DNA from: Mobula hypostoma
Taxonomy: Eukaryota
NCBI RefSeq assembly: GCF_963921235.1
Contig: NC_086101.1
Span: 22,134,001 to 22,198,000 of the forward strand
Direction of reading: 5' to 3'
DNA: 64,000 nucleotides
The notes under the pieces were generated by a model. The model was not told the DNA's origin. It ran no database searches and saw only the letters and a list, made by a program, of their open reading frames with translations. How positions within the stretch are numbered: the stretch's first letter is position 1; every line of letters starts with the position of its first letter. Shown piece after piece: positions 11,777-24,113 of this stretch. Made by a program: the position numbers and the translations under genes.

Positions 11777-13010
11777 AGTGTGCCAGACTACAACAGCACC
11801 TCCCTTATCGGCGGGTTTAATAGTAAGGTTAGGATTAGTGCAGAGGGAGTGGAGAGCAGAGCGTTCGGAAGGAGTGAGGTTGGAATTGGAACAAGGTGCA
11901 GTGAAGTCGAGACAGTTGATGTCCCATCGGCAGTTAGCAATAAAGAGATCCAGAGCAGGCAGAAGACCAGAGTGGGGTGTCTATGAAGAGGAGGAGGGTT
12001 GAAGATGGGAGAAGGGGTCATCGGTGGGGGTGGAAGAGTCCTTGCCGAAGAAGTAGGCTCGGAGACAGCGGAAGAACAGTTCCGTGTCATGGCGAACGCG
12101 GAACTCGCTGAGGTGTGGGCGAAGGGGGACAAAGGTGAGGCCCTTACTGAGGATAGAGCATTCTGCCTGAGACAGTTGAAGGTCGGAGGGGATGGTAAAG
12201 ACCCGGCACGGATGAGAGCTGGGATCAGAGGGGGTGGGGGGAGGCTGGGGGTGTCAGTGGAGAGGGGAGGGTTGGGGTGAGAGGAAGATGGAGCCTCTGA
12301 GGGCCCAGGAGTTGACGGTGGGATCTGAGGGAGACGGGGTTGTAAATTGGTGGTGGGGGAAGGGGAGACGAGAGTCACAATAGCAGCACATAAAGACCCG
12401 GCCTGGAGTTCAAGGCTGGCGTCGCAGTTGGTGGTTGTGCAATCACTTTGAAGGTGTCCATGGTCGTTGCTGGAGTCCGGGTTTTGAATATGCCCTGAGG
12501 TGTTGAAGCCGGCGAGATCAATGGCAGAGGCCGCAATCTGAAGTTCATGCCTGCTAGCATCGGGGCCAGCAGGCTCTGGGGTCTGCAGATGTAGGATCTT
12601 GCGATCTTTGCCTAATATGACAAAGTCAAAAAAACAGCGATTGCAGGCGTGAATCCGACGGAGGATGAAATAACGGGTAGGACCATTGCAGCCGGCGAAG
12701 AAAGTGTCCCGAAGGTGTGGAAGGGTCTGGGATAGGGACACCAAATACCTGTTCATGGCGGAGAGGGTCGCCTTCAAACAAGGCTGTAGTGAAGAAGTTG
12801 CAAAGACTCAGCGGGTCAGACTGCATTGGTGGTTGGGTTGGGTGGGTGAGTGGGTAGGGGAATCGATCTGACGTAAACGGAAGAGATGGGGCTGGGGAGA
12901 GAAACAACAGCAGGGAGGTGATGGGAGGAAAAGTTTTCAGGAGGTTGATTTTCAGCAGTTGTGTGTCAAGGTCATTGATCTCAAACTGAACTCTTTCACT
13001 CTCCTCTCAT

Positions 13011-16000
13011 CAGGGCCGGATTAAGCTAGTGCAGGGCCCTAAATTTTTAAAAAATGCACATAAGTATTAAAACATAAATTATTTACTTGCATAGTAAAGT
13101 AATTAATTTTTCTCATTTGATATACAGCCAGATAATACGATGAATGTCTGACACTTCAGTAGTAGTATTACTTACACATAGGTATCAATTTCAAATGTCA
13201 AAAATAACAAAACTACAATTTAAAAGTTATGTTATCTAGGTTTAGCATGAGCAAATTTGTTGATGATACTGGAAATGTCTATATCACGCAGAAGTTCATG
13301 TTCAATGCTCATTAGAGTGAGATTGTTCAATCTGTTTTGACCCATAGTGCTCCTTAGTGCATTTTTAATCCTTTTCAGTTTTGAAAATGAGCGTTCTCCA
13401 CTGCATTTGGTCACCATGAGTGACAAATAGATGCACAAGGCATTTTCTACATTTGGAAAACATGACTCCAAAGAATTGTCAGTTATCAAACGGTACAACC
13501 GTAACTCTACAAGGTCTTGTTTGGTGCCAATATGAGAAGCAAGATCAGTTTTCAACAGTTCAGTAAGCTACACAAATTCTTCATCAAGACTTTCTTCCAG
13601 ATCTTCCGGATATGATTTAATAAGATTTGATGACCTCTTTACAATCTCTTCAGGTGTAAACAATGGTAACTGATGAAGGAATTCAAAAACACCATTCACC
13701 TTTAGATAAGCTTTCTGCCTTTTTGACAGGGCAGAAAGCAAGCTGTCAATAATGGCAAAAAATGTTCAGCTTTTAAACTTCTGAGAAGGCGTTTGAGATT
13801 CAATAAGTGGATCAAGAGTGCTGGAACTACTGAAATCATCATACGCGCGATTTTGCTTGTGTTTTCTTCAAGTTTGCTGTTGATAATCTTCACACTTAGT
13901 CAGATCCTTGGCTTTTTGCTCAATGTCTAAAAAAGTAGACTGCATAGCTTGAATATATCCATGCAAGGATTCATAGAGTGCACAAGCTGTGTTCAAGTCT
14001 TGGCCAGAAGATTGCAAAGAAGCACTGGTCATTTGAAAACACTGTAATACTTGATCCCACAATATGACCAATATTCCTGTTTCCAACTTCATCATGGTTG
14101 AAAGTAGTCCATGAGCCTGTTGTCAACACCCTGCCTTCTGATCATTGTTATTTGAAATGTCATCCAAGACTTGTTTTATTGCAGAAAAGCTGTGTAAGAG
14201 TGCTTTTGTTGCATCTGCACAAGCTGACCACCTGCTCTGAACATACTGTATGCCAACGTAAGTGAACTTGAGACCAGGTATCTGGAGGCTTTGCTCATTA
14301 CAGCCGGGGACTTTAACCAAGCCAACCTTAGAAAAGCGCTGCCAAAGTTATACCAACATGTCTCCTGCCCCACTAGAGGCCCGAATATACTTAACCACTG
14401 CTACACAGCAGTCAAGGATGCCTACCATTCCGTCCCACGACCTCACTTCGGAAAATCGGACCATTAGGCCGTACTCCTCCTCCCGGCTTACAAACAGAAA
14501 CTGAACCGGGAGGTCACGGTGTCAAAAGTAGTGTCGCGATGGACGGAGGAAACGGATGAGGTCCTCCGTGACTGTTTTGAATCGGTGGACTGGTTAGTAT
14601 TCAAGGACTCGGCAGCTAACCTCGATGAGTATGCCTCAGCTGTCACAGACTTTATTTGGAAATGCATGGAGGACTGTGTGTCTCGCAAGACGATCCGGGT
14701 ATTCCCTAACTGGAAACCTTGGATGAATTATGAGGTCAAGTCCCTTTTGAAGGCTAGAGCTGCAGCTTTTAGGTCCGGGGATGCCAGTCGCTACACGGAA
14801 TCCAGGCGTGAACTCCGGAAAGCCATTAAGGGCGCCAAGAGGCAATATCAAACCAAGTTGGAAGCCCAGGCTAACCAGAGGGATGTCGGTAGACTATGGC
14901 AGGGTCTAAATGAGATCACTGGGCACAAAGAAAAGGCTGGGAATATCAATAACTGTGGCACTTCTCTTCCTGATGAACTTAACGTATTCTATGCAAGATT
15001 CAAAAAGGAGCATCCCGCTCCCTCCGGATGAACCGGACCTGGTGACATCGAGATTCATCATCACAGAGGAGGATGTTAGAAGGGCCTTCCTGAAGATAAA
15101 TCCAAGGAAGGCGACGGGCCCAGATGGCGTCCCAGGACAGGTTCTCTGGGCCTGTGCAAGTGAGCTAGCTGGAATATTTGCTGACATCTTCAACTGCTCC
15201 TTGCTTCAGTCTAAGATCCCCTTGTGTTTTAAGAAGGCAACGATGATCCCGGTGCCGAAGAAGAGCAAGGTGGCATGCCCAAATGACTATCGACCTGTGG
15301 CTCTGACATCAATTGCGATGAAGTGCTTTGAGCGATTGGTTATGGCACACATCAACCACAGCCTACTGTTCAACCTCGACGCTTTGCAATTCGCCTACTG
15401 GAGCAACAGGTCAACAGCAGATGCCATCTCTCTGGCCCTACATTCCTCTTTGGAACATTTGTAGAACAGACGTATATGTAAGGCTCCTTTTTATTGATTA
15501 CAGCTCTGCCTTTAATACCATCATTCCAAATAAACTGATCCCTAAGCTCTGGAACCTAGGTCTTAGCACTCAGATCTGCAGCTGGATCTTCAACTTCCTC
15601 ACAGACAGGACCCAGGCTGTAAAAATAGGGGACAAGCTCTTCTCTACAATTACTCTGAGCACCGGTGCCCCACAAGGCTGTGTACTTAGCCCCCTGCTGT
15701 ACTCACTGTACACCCATGATTGTGCAGCCAAGTTCCAATCGAACTCAATATATAAGTTTGCTGATGACACCACAATTGTAGGCCATATCTTGGGTAATGA
15801 TGAGTTTGAGTACAGAGAGGAAATTAAGAACCTGGTGGCATGGTGTGAAGACAATAACCTATCCCTCAACGTCAGCAAGACGAAGGAATTGGTTGTTGAC
15901 TTCAGAAGGAGTAGCGGCCCGCACAACCCTATTTACATCGGTGGTGCGCAAGTGGAACAGGTCAAAAGCTTTAAGATCCTCGGGGTCAATATCACAAATG

Positions 16001-17351
16001 ACCTGACTTGGTCCAACCAAGCAGAGTTCACTGCCAAGATGGCCCACCAGCACCTTTACTTCCTGAGAAAGCTAAAGAAATTTGGCCTGTCCCCTAAAAC
16101 CCTCACTAATTTTTATAGATGCACCATAGAAAGCATTCTTCTAAGGTGTATCACAACCTGGTATGGAAGTTGTCCTGTCCAAGACCAGAAGAAGCTGCAG
16201 AAGATCGTGAACACAGCCCAGCACATCACACAAACCAATCTTCTGTCCTTGGACTCACTTTACACCGCACGCTGTCGGAGCAGTGCTGCCAAGATAATCA
16301 AGGACACGACCCATCCAGCCAACACACTTTTTGTCCGTCTTCCCTCCGGGAGAAGACTCAGGAGCTTGAAGACTCGTACGGCCAGATTTGGGAACAGCTT
16401 CTTTCCAACTGTGATAAGACTGCTGAACGGATCCTGACCCAAATCTGGGCTGTACCCTCCAAATATCCGGACCTACCTCTCAGTTTTTTGCACAAGCTTA
16501 CGTTCCCTTTTCTATTTTCTATTTATGATTCATAATTTAAATTTTTACTATTTACTATCGATTTGTACTCCAGGGAGCGCAAAGTGCAGAATCAAATGTC
16601 GCTGTGATAATTGCTCTAGTATCAATTGTTTGGCAACAATAAAGTATCTGACATTCTTTTCACAATGGGCAAATGAGCACCACCATCAGATAATGCAGCA
16701 GAAAGGAGATCCCACCGATAAGTAGAAGCAGAAAAAAATATGTACAGGCTTTCTACAAATTGAAAGAAAATTAATGCTTCTTGACAACATTCAGCAGCAC
16801 ATTTTCCAACCAAATTAGTGAATGTGCAAAACATGGAATGTAATCTGCACACTCATTCAGCTCTTTAATTCGTGATTGTAAGCCGCTATACTTGCCACTC
16901 ATGTTGCTGGCATTGTCATAACTTTGACCACGGCAGTCTTTTCTATCAATGTCATTTTCCCTTAAAAAGTCAAGTAAACTATGAGCGAGCTGTTCAGCAC
17001 TATGCCCTTCCATATCCAAAAACTTCACAAATCTGTTAACTGGTCCAGCTGGCAGAACATAGCGCACAATCAAAGTCAGTGGCGTACCCTCCAGCAGCGT
17101 AACAGCACATGCTGTAGTGGCTTGGGAGCATGGGAGATAGCACAAAGGTCACCACAACACAGCAAGGAACCAACACAAGCCTGCACACACATACCATGCA
17201 GCATGCAGCTCCCCCGACATGAAAACAACAACGTTGCCAGATCGTTGTGAGAATACAGTGAGATGTCGATTTCACCAGACTGCAGCTTGCAAGCATTTAC
17301 TGTGGGGCCAGTAGCATATGCTACTTTTGCTACTAGGTTAATCCGGCACTA
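13011..17351 (-). mobile_element. hAT DNA transposon (ZMYM1-like/Tip100-type transposase), decayed and internally deleted
   Basis: TIRs cagggccggattaa / ttaatccggcacta; 8-bp TSD cctctcat / cctctgat; transposase motifs GQSYDNASNMSG, IPCFAHSL, KRMSDT|RWSAC and dimerisation domain CSGERSFSKLKRIKN.LRSTM...RLNNL. Confidence 0.9.
14235..16645 (+). mobile_element. Rex1/Babar LINE, 5'-truncated, nested in hAT
   Basis: APE tail (GDFN...SDH); RT motifs [42 protein letters not shown] (15328-16437); a few stops and frameshifts. Confidence 0.9.
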
Positions 17352-17551
17352 CCTCTGATGCTGCTTGACCTGTTGAACACGTCCAATATTTTCTGTTTTA
17401 ATTTTAGACCTGTGTCTAGTGCAAATGCCCCTTATTGAGAGGAGTTCTTATGTCTACTTCATTTATCACCTTGCCTTGACCCCTGCCCACATTTCACCCT
17501 TTTCAAGGATGCAACTTAATTGATTTTTTTTTTTCCTTCCTTAATGCCCAG

Positions 17552-17854
17552 CTAAAACGATGCAAGTTCAGGGTGCCCTTGGTTCGAATGTTTTGTTGGA
17601 GTCTGGAAACAGTGCTGATCTCCACGGTCGTGAAGTTGTGTGGGAGTTCACCAGCAGCAATGGAACCGAGTTCACCATTTTGGATGTTGGACCAAACCAC
17701 CCAGAAGTGAAACCAAACAAACATTTTAAAGATTTGATTTTTAATCTGTCCACTGGAGATTTATTATTAAGCAATTTAAAGACAAGTGACCAGGGAAATT
17801 ATACTGTCAGCATTGATGGTCAGGAGCGGAGAAAAATAGAATTGCGAATCTTTG
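17552..17854 (+). CDS. IgV-like exon copy 1 (cysteine-free V-set domain)
   Basis: Polypyrimidine + cccag acceptor; TTTG|GTGAGT donor; phase 1-1; 303 bp open; C-strand W (VVWEF), LLLSNLKTSDQGNY motif, no B/F cysteines. Confidence 0.9.
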
Positions 17855-18203
17855 GTGAGTAGCTTGTGTCACTGAGCATTTATAGTACGGTTGGATGCTG
17901 TTCAGCTTGGACAAGTTCTCATGAACAAACACAAATTGCTGCAGGAATTCTGCACATCAGACAGCATCTATGGAGAGGAATGATACTGATGAAGGGTCTC
18001 AGCTTGAAACGTTGACTGTTCATTCCTGTCCTTAACTGCAGCCTGACCCGCTGAGTTCAGGTATGTGAGTGTTACTCTGGATTTCCATAAGATATAGGAG
18101 CAGAAATAGGCCATTCAGCCCATTGAGTCTGCTCTCCCATTTCACCATGACTGACCCATTTTCCTCTCGACTCCACTCTCCTGCTTCTCCCATAACCTAC
18201 ATG

Positions 18204-20838
18204 GGAAAGAGGTGGGGGTGTGGCACTGTTGATTAGATTGGCTGCAGAAAAGGTGGACGCCATGGAGGGATTGTCTACGGAGTCTCTGTGGGTGGAGGTT
18301 AGGAACAAGAAAGGGTCAATAACTTTACTGGGTGTTTTTTATAGACCACCCAATATTAACAGGGATATAGAGGAGCAGGTAGGGAAACAGATCTTGGAAA
18401 GGTGTAATAATAACAGAGTTGTCGTGATGGGAGATTTTCATTTCCCAAATATCGATTGGCATCTCCCTAGAGCAAGGAGTTTAGATGGGGTGGAGCTTGT
18501 TAGGTGTGTTCAGGAAGGTTTCTTGATGCAATATGTAGATAGGCCTACAAGAGGAGAGGCTGTACTTGATTTGGTATTGGGAAATGAACCTGGTCAGGTG
18601 TCAGATCTCTCAGTGGGAGAGCATTTTGGAGATAGTGATCATAATTCTATCCCTTTTACAGTAGCATTGGAGAGAGATAGGAACAGACATGTTAGAAAAT
18701 TGTTTAATTGGAGTAAGGGGAATTTTGAGGCTACCAGGCAGGAAATTGGAGGCTTAAATTGGAAACAGACGTTCTCAGGGAAAAGTATGGAAGAAATGTG
18801 GCAAATATTCAGGGGATATTTGTGTGGAGTTCTGCATAGGTACGTTCCAATGAGACAGGGAAGTTATGGTAGGGTACGAGAACTGTGGTGTACAAAGGCT
18901 GTAATAAATCTAGTCAAGAAGAAAAGAAAAGCTTACAAAACGTTCAGAGAGCTAGGTAATGTTAGAGATCTAGAAGATTATGAGGCTAATAGGTAGGAGC
19001 TTAAGAAAGAAATTAGGAGAGCCAGAAGGGGCCATGAGAAGGCCTTGGCGGGCAGGATTAAAGAAAATCCCAAGGTATTCTACAAGTATGTGAAGAGCAA
19101 GAGGATAAGACGTGAAAGAATAGGACCTATCAAGTGTGACAGTGGGAAAGTGTGTATGGAACTGGAGGAAATAGCAGAGGTACTTAATGAATACTTTACT
19201 TCAGTATTCACTGTGGAAAAGGATCTTGGTGATTGTAGTGCTGACTTGCAGCAGACTGAAAAGCTTGAGCATGTAGATATTAAGAAAGAGGATGTGCTGG
19301 AGCTTTTGGAAAGCATCAAGTTGGATAAGTCGCCGGGACCGGATGAGATGTACCCCAGGCTGCTCTGGGAGGTGAGGGAGGAAATTGCTGAGCCTCTGGT
19401 GATGATATTTGCTTCATCAATGGGGATGGGAGAGGTTCCGGAGGATTGGACGGTTTTGGATGTTGTTCCTTTATTCAAGAAAGGGAGTAGAGATAGCCCA
19501 GGAAATTATAGACCAGTGAGTCTTACCTCAGTGGTTGGTAAGTTGATGGAGAAGATCCTGAGAGGCAGGATTTATGAACATTTGGAGAGGTATAATATGA
19601 TTAGGAGTAGTCAGCATGGTTTTGTCAAGGGCAGGTCGTGCCTTGCGAGCCTGATTGAATTTTTTGAGGACGTGACTGAACACATTGATGGAGGAAGAGC
19701 AGTAGATGTAGTGTATATGGATTTCAGCAAGGCATTTGATAAGGTAGCCTACGCCAGGCTTATTGAGAAAGTAAGGAGGCATGGGATCCAAGGGGACATT
19801 GCTTTGTGGATCCAGAACTGGCTTGCCCACAGAAGGCAAAGAGTGGTTGTGGGCGGGTCATATTCTGCATGGAGGTTGGTCACCAGTGGAGTGCCTCAGG
19901 GATCTGTTCTGGATGACCTGGATGAGGAAGTGGAGGGATGGGTTAGTAAGTTTGCTGATGACACAAAGGTTGGAGATGTTGTAGATAGTGTGGAGGGCTG
20001 TCAGAGGTTACAGTGGGACATTGATAGGATGCAAAACTGGGCTAAGAAGTGGCAGATGGAGTTCAACCCAGATAAATGTGAAGTGGTTCATTTTGGTTGG
20101 TCAAATATGATGGCAGAATATAAAATGGTAAGACTCTTGGCAGTGTGGAGGATCAGAGGGATCTTGGGGTCCGAGTCCATAGGACGCTCAAAGCAGCTGT
20201 GCAGGGTGACTCTGTGGTTAAGAAGACATACGGTGTATTGGCCTTCATCAATCGTGGAATTGAATTTAGGAGCCAAGAGGTAATGTTGCAGCTATATAGG
20301 ACCCTGGTCAGACCCCACTTGGAGTACTGAGCTCAGTTCCAGTCGCCTCACTATAGGAAGGATGTGGAAGCCATAGCAAGGGTGCAGAGGAGATTTACAA
20401 GGATGTTCCCTGGATTGGGGAGCATTCCTTATGAGAATAGGTTGAGTGAAATCGGACTTTTCTCCTTGGAGCGACGGAGGATGAGAGGTGACCTGATAGA
20501 GGAGTATAAGATGATGAGAGGCATTGATCGTGTGCATAGTCAGAGGCTTTTTCCCATGGCTGAAATGGTTGCCACAAGAGGGCATAGGTTTAAGGTACTG
20601 GGAAGTAAGTACAGAGGAGATGTCAGAGGTAAGTTTTTTACTCAGAGAGTGGTGAGTGCATGGAATGGGCTGCCAGCAATGTTGGTGGAGGCGGATATGA
20701 TAGGGTCTTTTAAGAGACTTTTAGATAGTTACATGGAGCTTAGTAAAATAGAGGGCTAGTAATTTCTAAGGTAAGGGCATGTTCAGTACAACTCTGTGGG
20801 CCGAAGGGCCTGCATTGTGCTGTAGGTTTTCCATGTTT
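18204..20838 (+). mobile_element. CR1 LINE ORF2 (APE tail + RT), 5'-truncated
   Basis: GVFYRPPN, MGDF, GDSDHN, DKSPGPD, QHGFVKG, DFSKAFDKV, GVPQGSVL, KFADDTK; splits host sequence ctacatg|ctaatcaagaac that is intact in copies 2 and 3. Confidence 0.92.
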
Positions 20839-20855
20839 CTAATCAAGAACCTATC

Positions 20856-22611
20856 TTCTCCATTTTGTAAATGTCCATTGTAATTTCCATCCATATATTT
20901 AAAGTTGGGCTCTCCTGAGATAACCATTTTCTGGTAAGGGTCTTTTTACCAGCCACCAGCAGTACATTCATTAAATATTTATATCTCTTTTCAACCATTC
21001 TTGAGGTATATACCAAAATATATGGTCTTACTCTCATTTATCTGTTAGTATATCATTGAAATTTGCAGAATATAGCTTAATCAATCTACTCCCTGAACAA
21101 ATAAGAACCAAGAAAAGTGAATTTTCAAAAAAGGGTAACAAAGGTGTGGTTCCAAGGCTGGGGTCTCTAGATGACCCTGGGTTGGGCTAGAAGAAAAGTC
21201 TAGCCGTGGGGGATAGCCCCACCTACATGTGGGTTGAGGGCCCCTACTGCAGTACCTATAAAAGTAAGTTTAAAAAAAACGATGTCCATTACACAGAAAT
21301 GATTTCCTGTGTATTCCTCCCATGTATATATTCTCATTTAGGCGGGGAAAAAGGAATGAATAAATGAATTTTAAAAATTGAGTAATATAAAATCCACGTT
21401 ATAACACTATTTCTCGAGATGGGTATCTCACCGTCTATTTTTGCTTCTGTTTAGTTTATCAGCACTTTTAAAATTAGCCAAACCTTATGGCTCTTCTGGA
21501 GGAGGTGAGGGCTGCCCTCGGAGAACTGACAGTCTTCTCCTAAAATCCTTCTCTTGTCCTGTTCCTGTCCCCTGCTTTCTAGGTTCTCTTACTATTTCCC
21601 AAGCAGTTCGGGATAACTGCTCAGCCAGACTTTCCCTTGGTTTGACCACGCTAATAGACAGTCCTCTGTTATTCATGTCTGTAGTTGCCTCCTCCACCAT
21701 CTGGTACAGTTGCATCCCTTCTTGGTAAAATACCCCCAGTTTAGCAGGGTATGGGATTTGGAATTTAATCTTTTCTTGCTTTAATATTCGTTTTGCTTCG
21801 GAATATTCTTTCCGTTTCTGTAGGACCGCCAGGGGGGTAATCATGATCGAAGTATGTTAACTTCCCCTTCCAAAATACCCTCTTCTTACCCCAGGCCCTT
21901 CGTAGAATCTCCGCCTTGCTCTTGAATCGAAGGAATCTAAGTACCATGGAGCGCGGTTTACTTTGTCTCCGGGAGGCCGCTGGATGAGTGAATTTCAATC
22001 TCTGTAGTCTGAGGAATCTCCAGCGCTTCCCACAGCAGCTTGTCTACAAAGTCCGTCTTCGACAATCCCTGCGCTCCTTCGGGAACATTATAAATCCTGA
22101 TATTTTTCCGTCACGGTCTTCCCTCCTGGTCAAGCAATTTACTTTCCTGTTGATTTAATATTTTTATTGTCTTACTTTTAGTATCTGCTCCACATTTTGC
22201 ATGCGATCTTCCATCTTCTCAATTTGAGTCTCTGCCACCGCTATTTTCTCATTGACGTTGGCGAGCTCTGACTGGATATCATTGAGTTGTTGTTTTATAT
22301 CTTTTTGGACTTCCCTTATCTCTTCCAGAATCCTTATCATATTTGCCGCTTGGACTGCACTAGGCCCAGCGTCAGCATCGCCGCCACGGGCACGTGTAGG
22401 AGAGCCGCACGCTGTACCTCTCTCTTCCATAGGCTCCGCAGTGGTGCTTTTTTTATCTCCATTCTTTCTCCCCATTCTTGCCCCCCCCCTTATCAATTCA
22501 GATATTTTCGAAAGATCTTATATTTGATGGATTAACGGGCCAAAATATGCGTTTTTCCAGAGACGCTGTTGATTTAAGCTGCCATTCTGAGCAATGATGT
22601 CACTGGAACTC
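20856..22611 (-). mobile_element. L1-clade LINE: ORF1 remnant plus short ORF2 C-terminal piece
   Basis: Coiled coil (22164-22496), GRSRRKNIRI linker, PRSMVLRFLRFKSK, KRKEYSEAKRILKQEKIKFQIPYPAKL; ORF2 tail AGKKTLTRKWLSQESPTLNIW. Confidence 0.8.
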
Positions 22612-23807
22612 CAGTATTAGCCTGCACTTTTATACCTTCTTCCAAAGTGTGTGCCCAAACACTTCCCGACACAGTATTCAATCTGCCACCTCTTTGCCCA
22701 TTCTTCTAATCTAAGGCCTCCTGCAGCCTCTCTGCTTCCTCAACACTACCTACCCCTCCATCCATCTTCATATCATCCACAAACTTGGTCATAAAATGAT
22801 CAATTTCATCATCCAAATCGTTGACATGCAATGTAGAAGAATCGGTCCCAACACAGACCCCTGTGGAATACCACTAGTCACCAGCATCCAATCCAAAAAA
22901 AGGCTCCCTTTATTCCCACACATAGCCTCCTGCCACTCAGCCAATGCTAGAACCTTTCCTGTGATACCCTGGGCTCTTAACTTGTTTAGCAGCTTTACGT
23001 GTGACATCTTGTCAAAGGCCTTCTGAAAATTCAAGTACACAACATCCACCAATTCTCTTCATCTATCCTACTTATTATTCAAAGAATTCCAACATATTTG
23101 TCATGCCAGATTTTCCCTTAAGGAGGCCATGCTGACTTTAGCCTATTTTGTCGTGTGCCTTCAAATTCCCTGAAACTACATCCCCAACAATCGAATTCAA
23201 CACTTTCCCAGCCACTCAGGTCAGGGAAACTGGCCTATAATTTCCTTTCTTCTGCCTCCCTCCCTGTTTGAAGAGTGGAGTGACTTTTCAATTTTCCTTC
23301 CTCCAAATCCATGCCAGAATCGATTTCTTGAAAGTTCATTACTAATGCCTCCATAATCTCTTCAGCTACCTCTTTTTGAACCCTGGGGTATTGTTTGGCA
23401 GGACCAGGTGACTTTAGACATTTCTGTTTCCCAAACACCATCTCCCTTGTAATAGCAACTGCACTCACTTCTGTCCCTTGATACTCTTGAACTTCTGGCA
23501 TACTGGTGTCTTCCCCAGTGAAGACTGATAGAAAATACTTGCTCGGTTCGACCACCTTTCCCTTGTCCCGCATTATTTTCCAATGGTCCAATCCTACTAT
23601 TGCCTCCTTTTATATATCTGAAAATATATTGGTATTTTAGGCTAGCTTAGCTACATATTTCATCGTTCCCCCCCCCCACAGCAAAACTGTTTTTTTCAGT
23701 TGCCTTCTGTTTAGTTATATATATCACCTTGCCTTGAACCCTGCCCACATTTCACCCTTTTCAAGGATGCAACATAACTGATTTTTTTTTCCTTCCTTAA
23801 TGCCCAG

Positions 23808-24113
23808 CAGAGATGAAGCAAGTTGAGGGTGCCCTTGGTTCAAATGTTTCGTTGGAGTCTGGAAGCAGTGCCAATCTCCATGGTCGTGAAGTTGTGTGGA
23901 AGTTCACTAGCAACAATGGAACTGAGTTCACCATTTTGGATGTTGGACCAAACCACCCAGAAGTGAAACCAAACAAATATTTTGAAGATCGTTTGATTTT
24001 TAATCTGTCCACTGGAGATTTATTATTAAGCAATTTAAAGACAAGTGACCAGGGAAATTATACTATCAGCGTTAATGGTCGAAAGCTGAGGAAAATAGAT
24101 TTGCGAATCTTTG
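23808..24113 (+). CDS. IgV-like exon copy 2
   Basis: NAGNAG acceptor cccag|cag; GTGAGT donor; phase 1-1; open frame MKQVEGALG...KIDLRIF. Confidence 0.9.

Larger units (their letters stand above)
9267..12945 (-). mobile_element. Near full-length Penelope-like retroelement (RT + GIY-YIG), frameshifted, in intron 1
   Basis: RT motifs TMDVQSLYTSIP, QTKGVAMGTRMGPSYA, LRYIDV (10643-11152); GIY-YIG 9687-10130; N-terminal ORF 11788-12777; pLTR with hammerhead at about 9270-9660. Confidence 0.9.

Noticed and set aside
11788-12777. 329-aa ORF as a novel host gene
   Set aside because: It is the N-terminal part of the Penelope polyprotein, collinear with the RT and GIY-YIG pieces.
17568-24033. Antisense ORFs MLNNKSPVDRLKIK... 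overlapping V1 and V2
   Set aside because: Shadow frames of the IgV exons; no splice or start context, and not conserved in copy 3.
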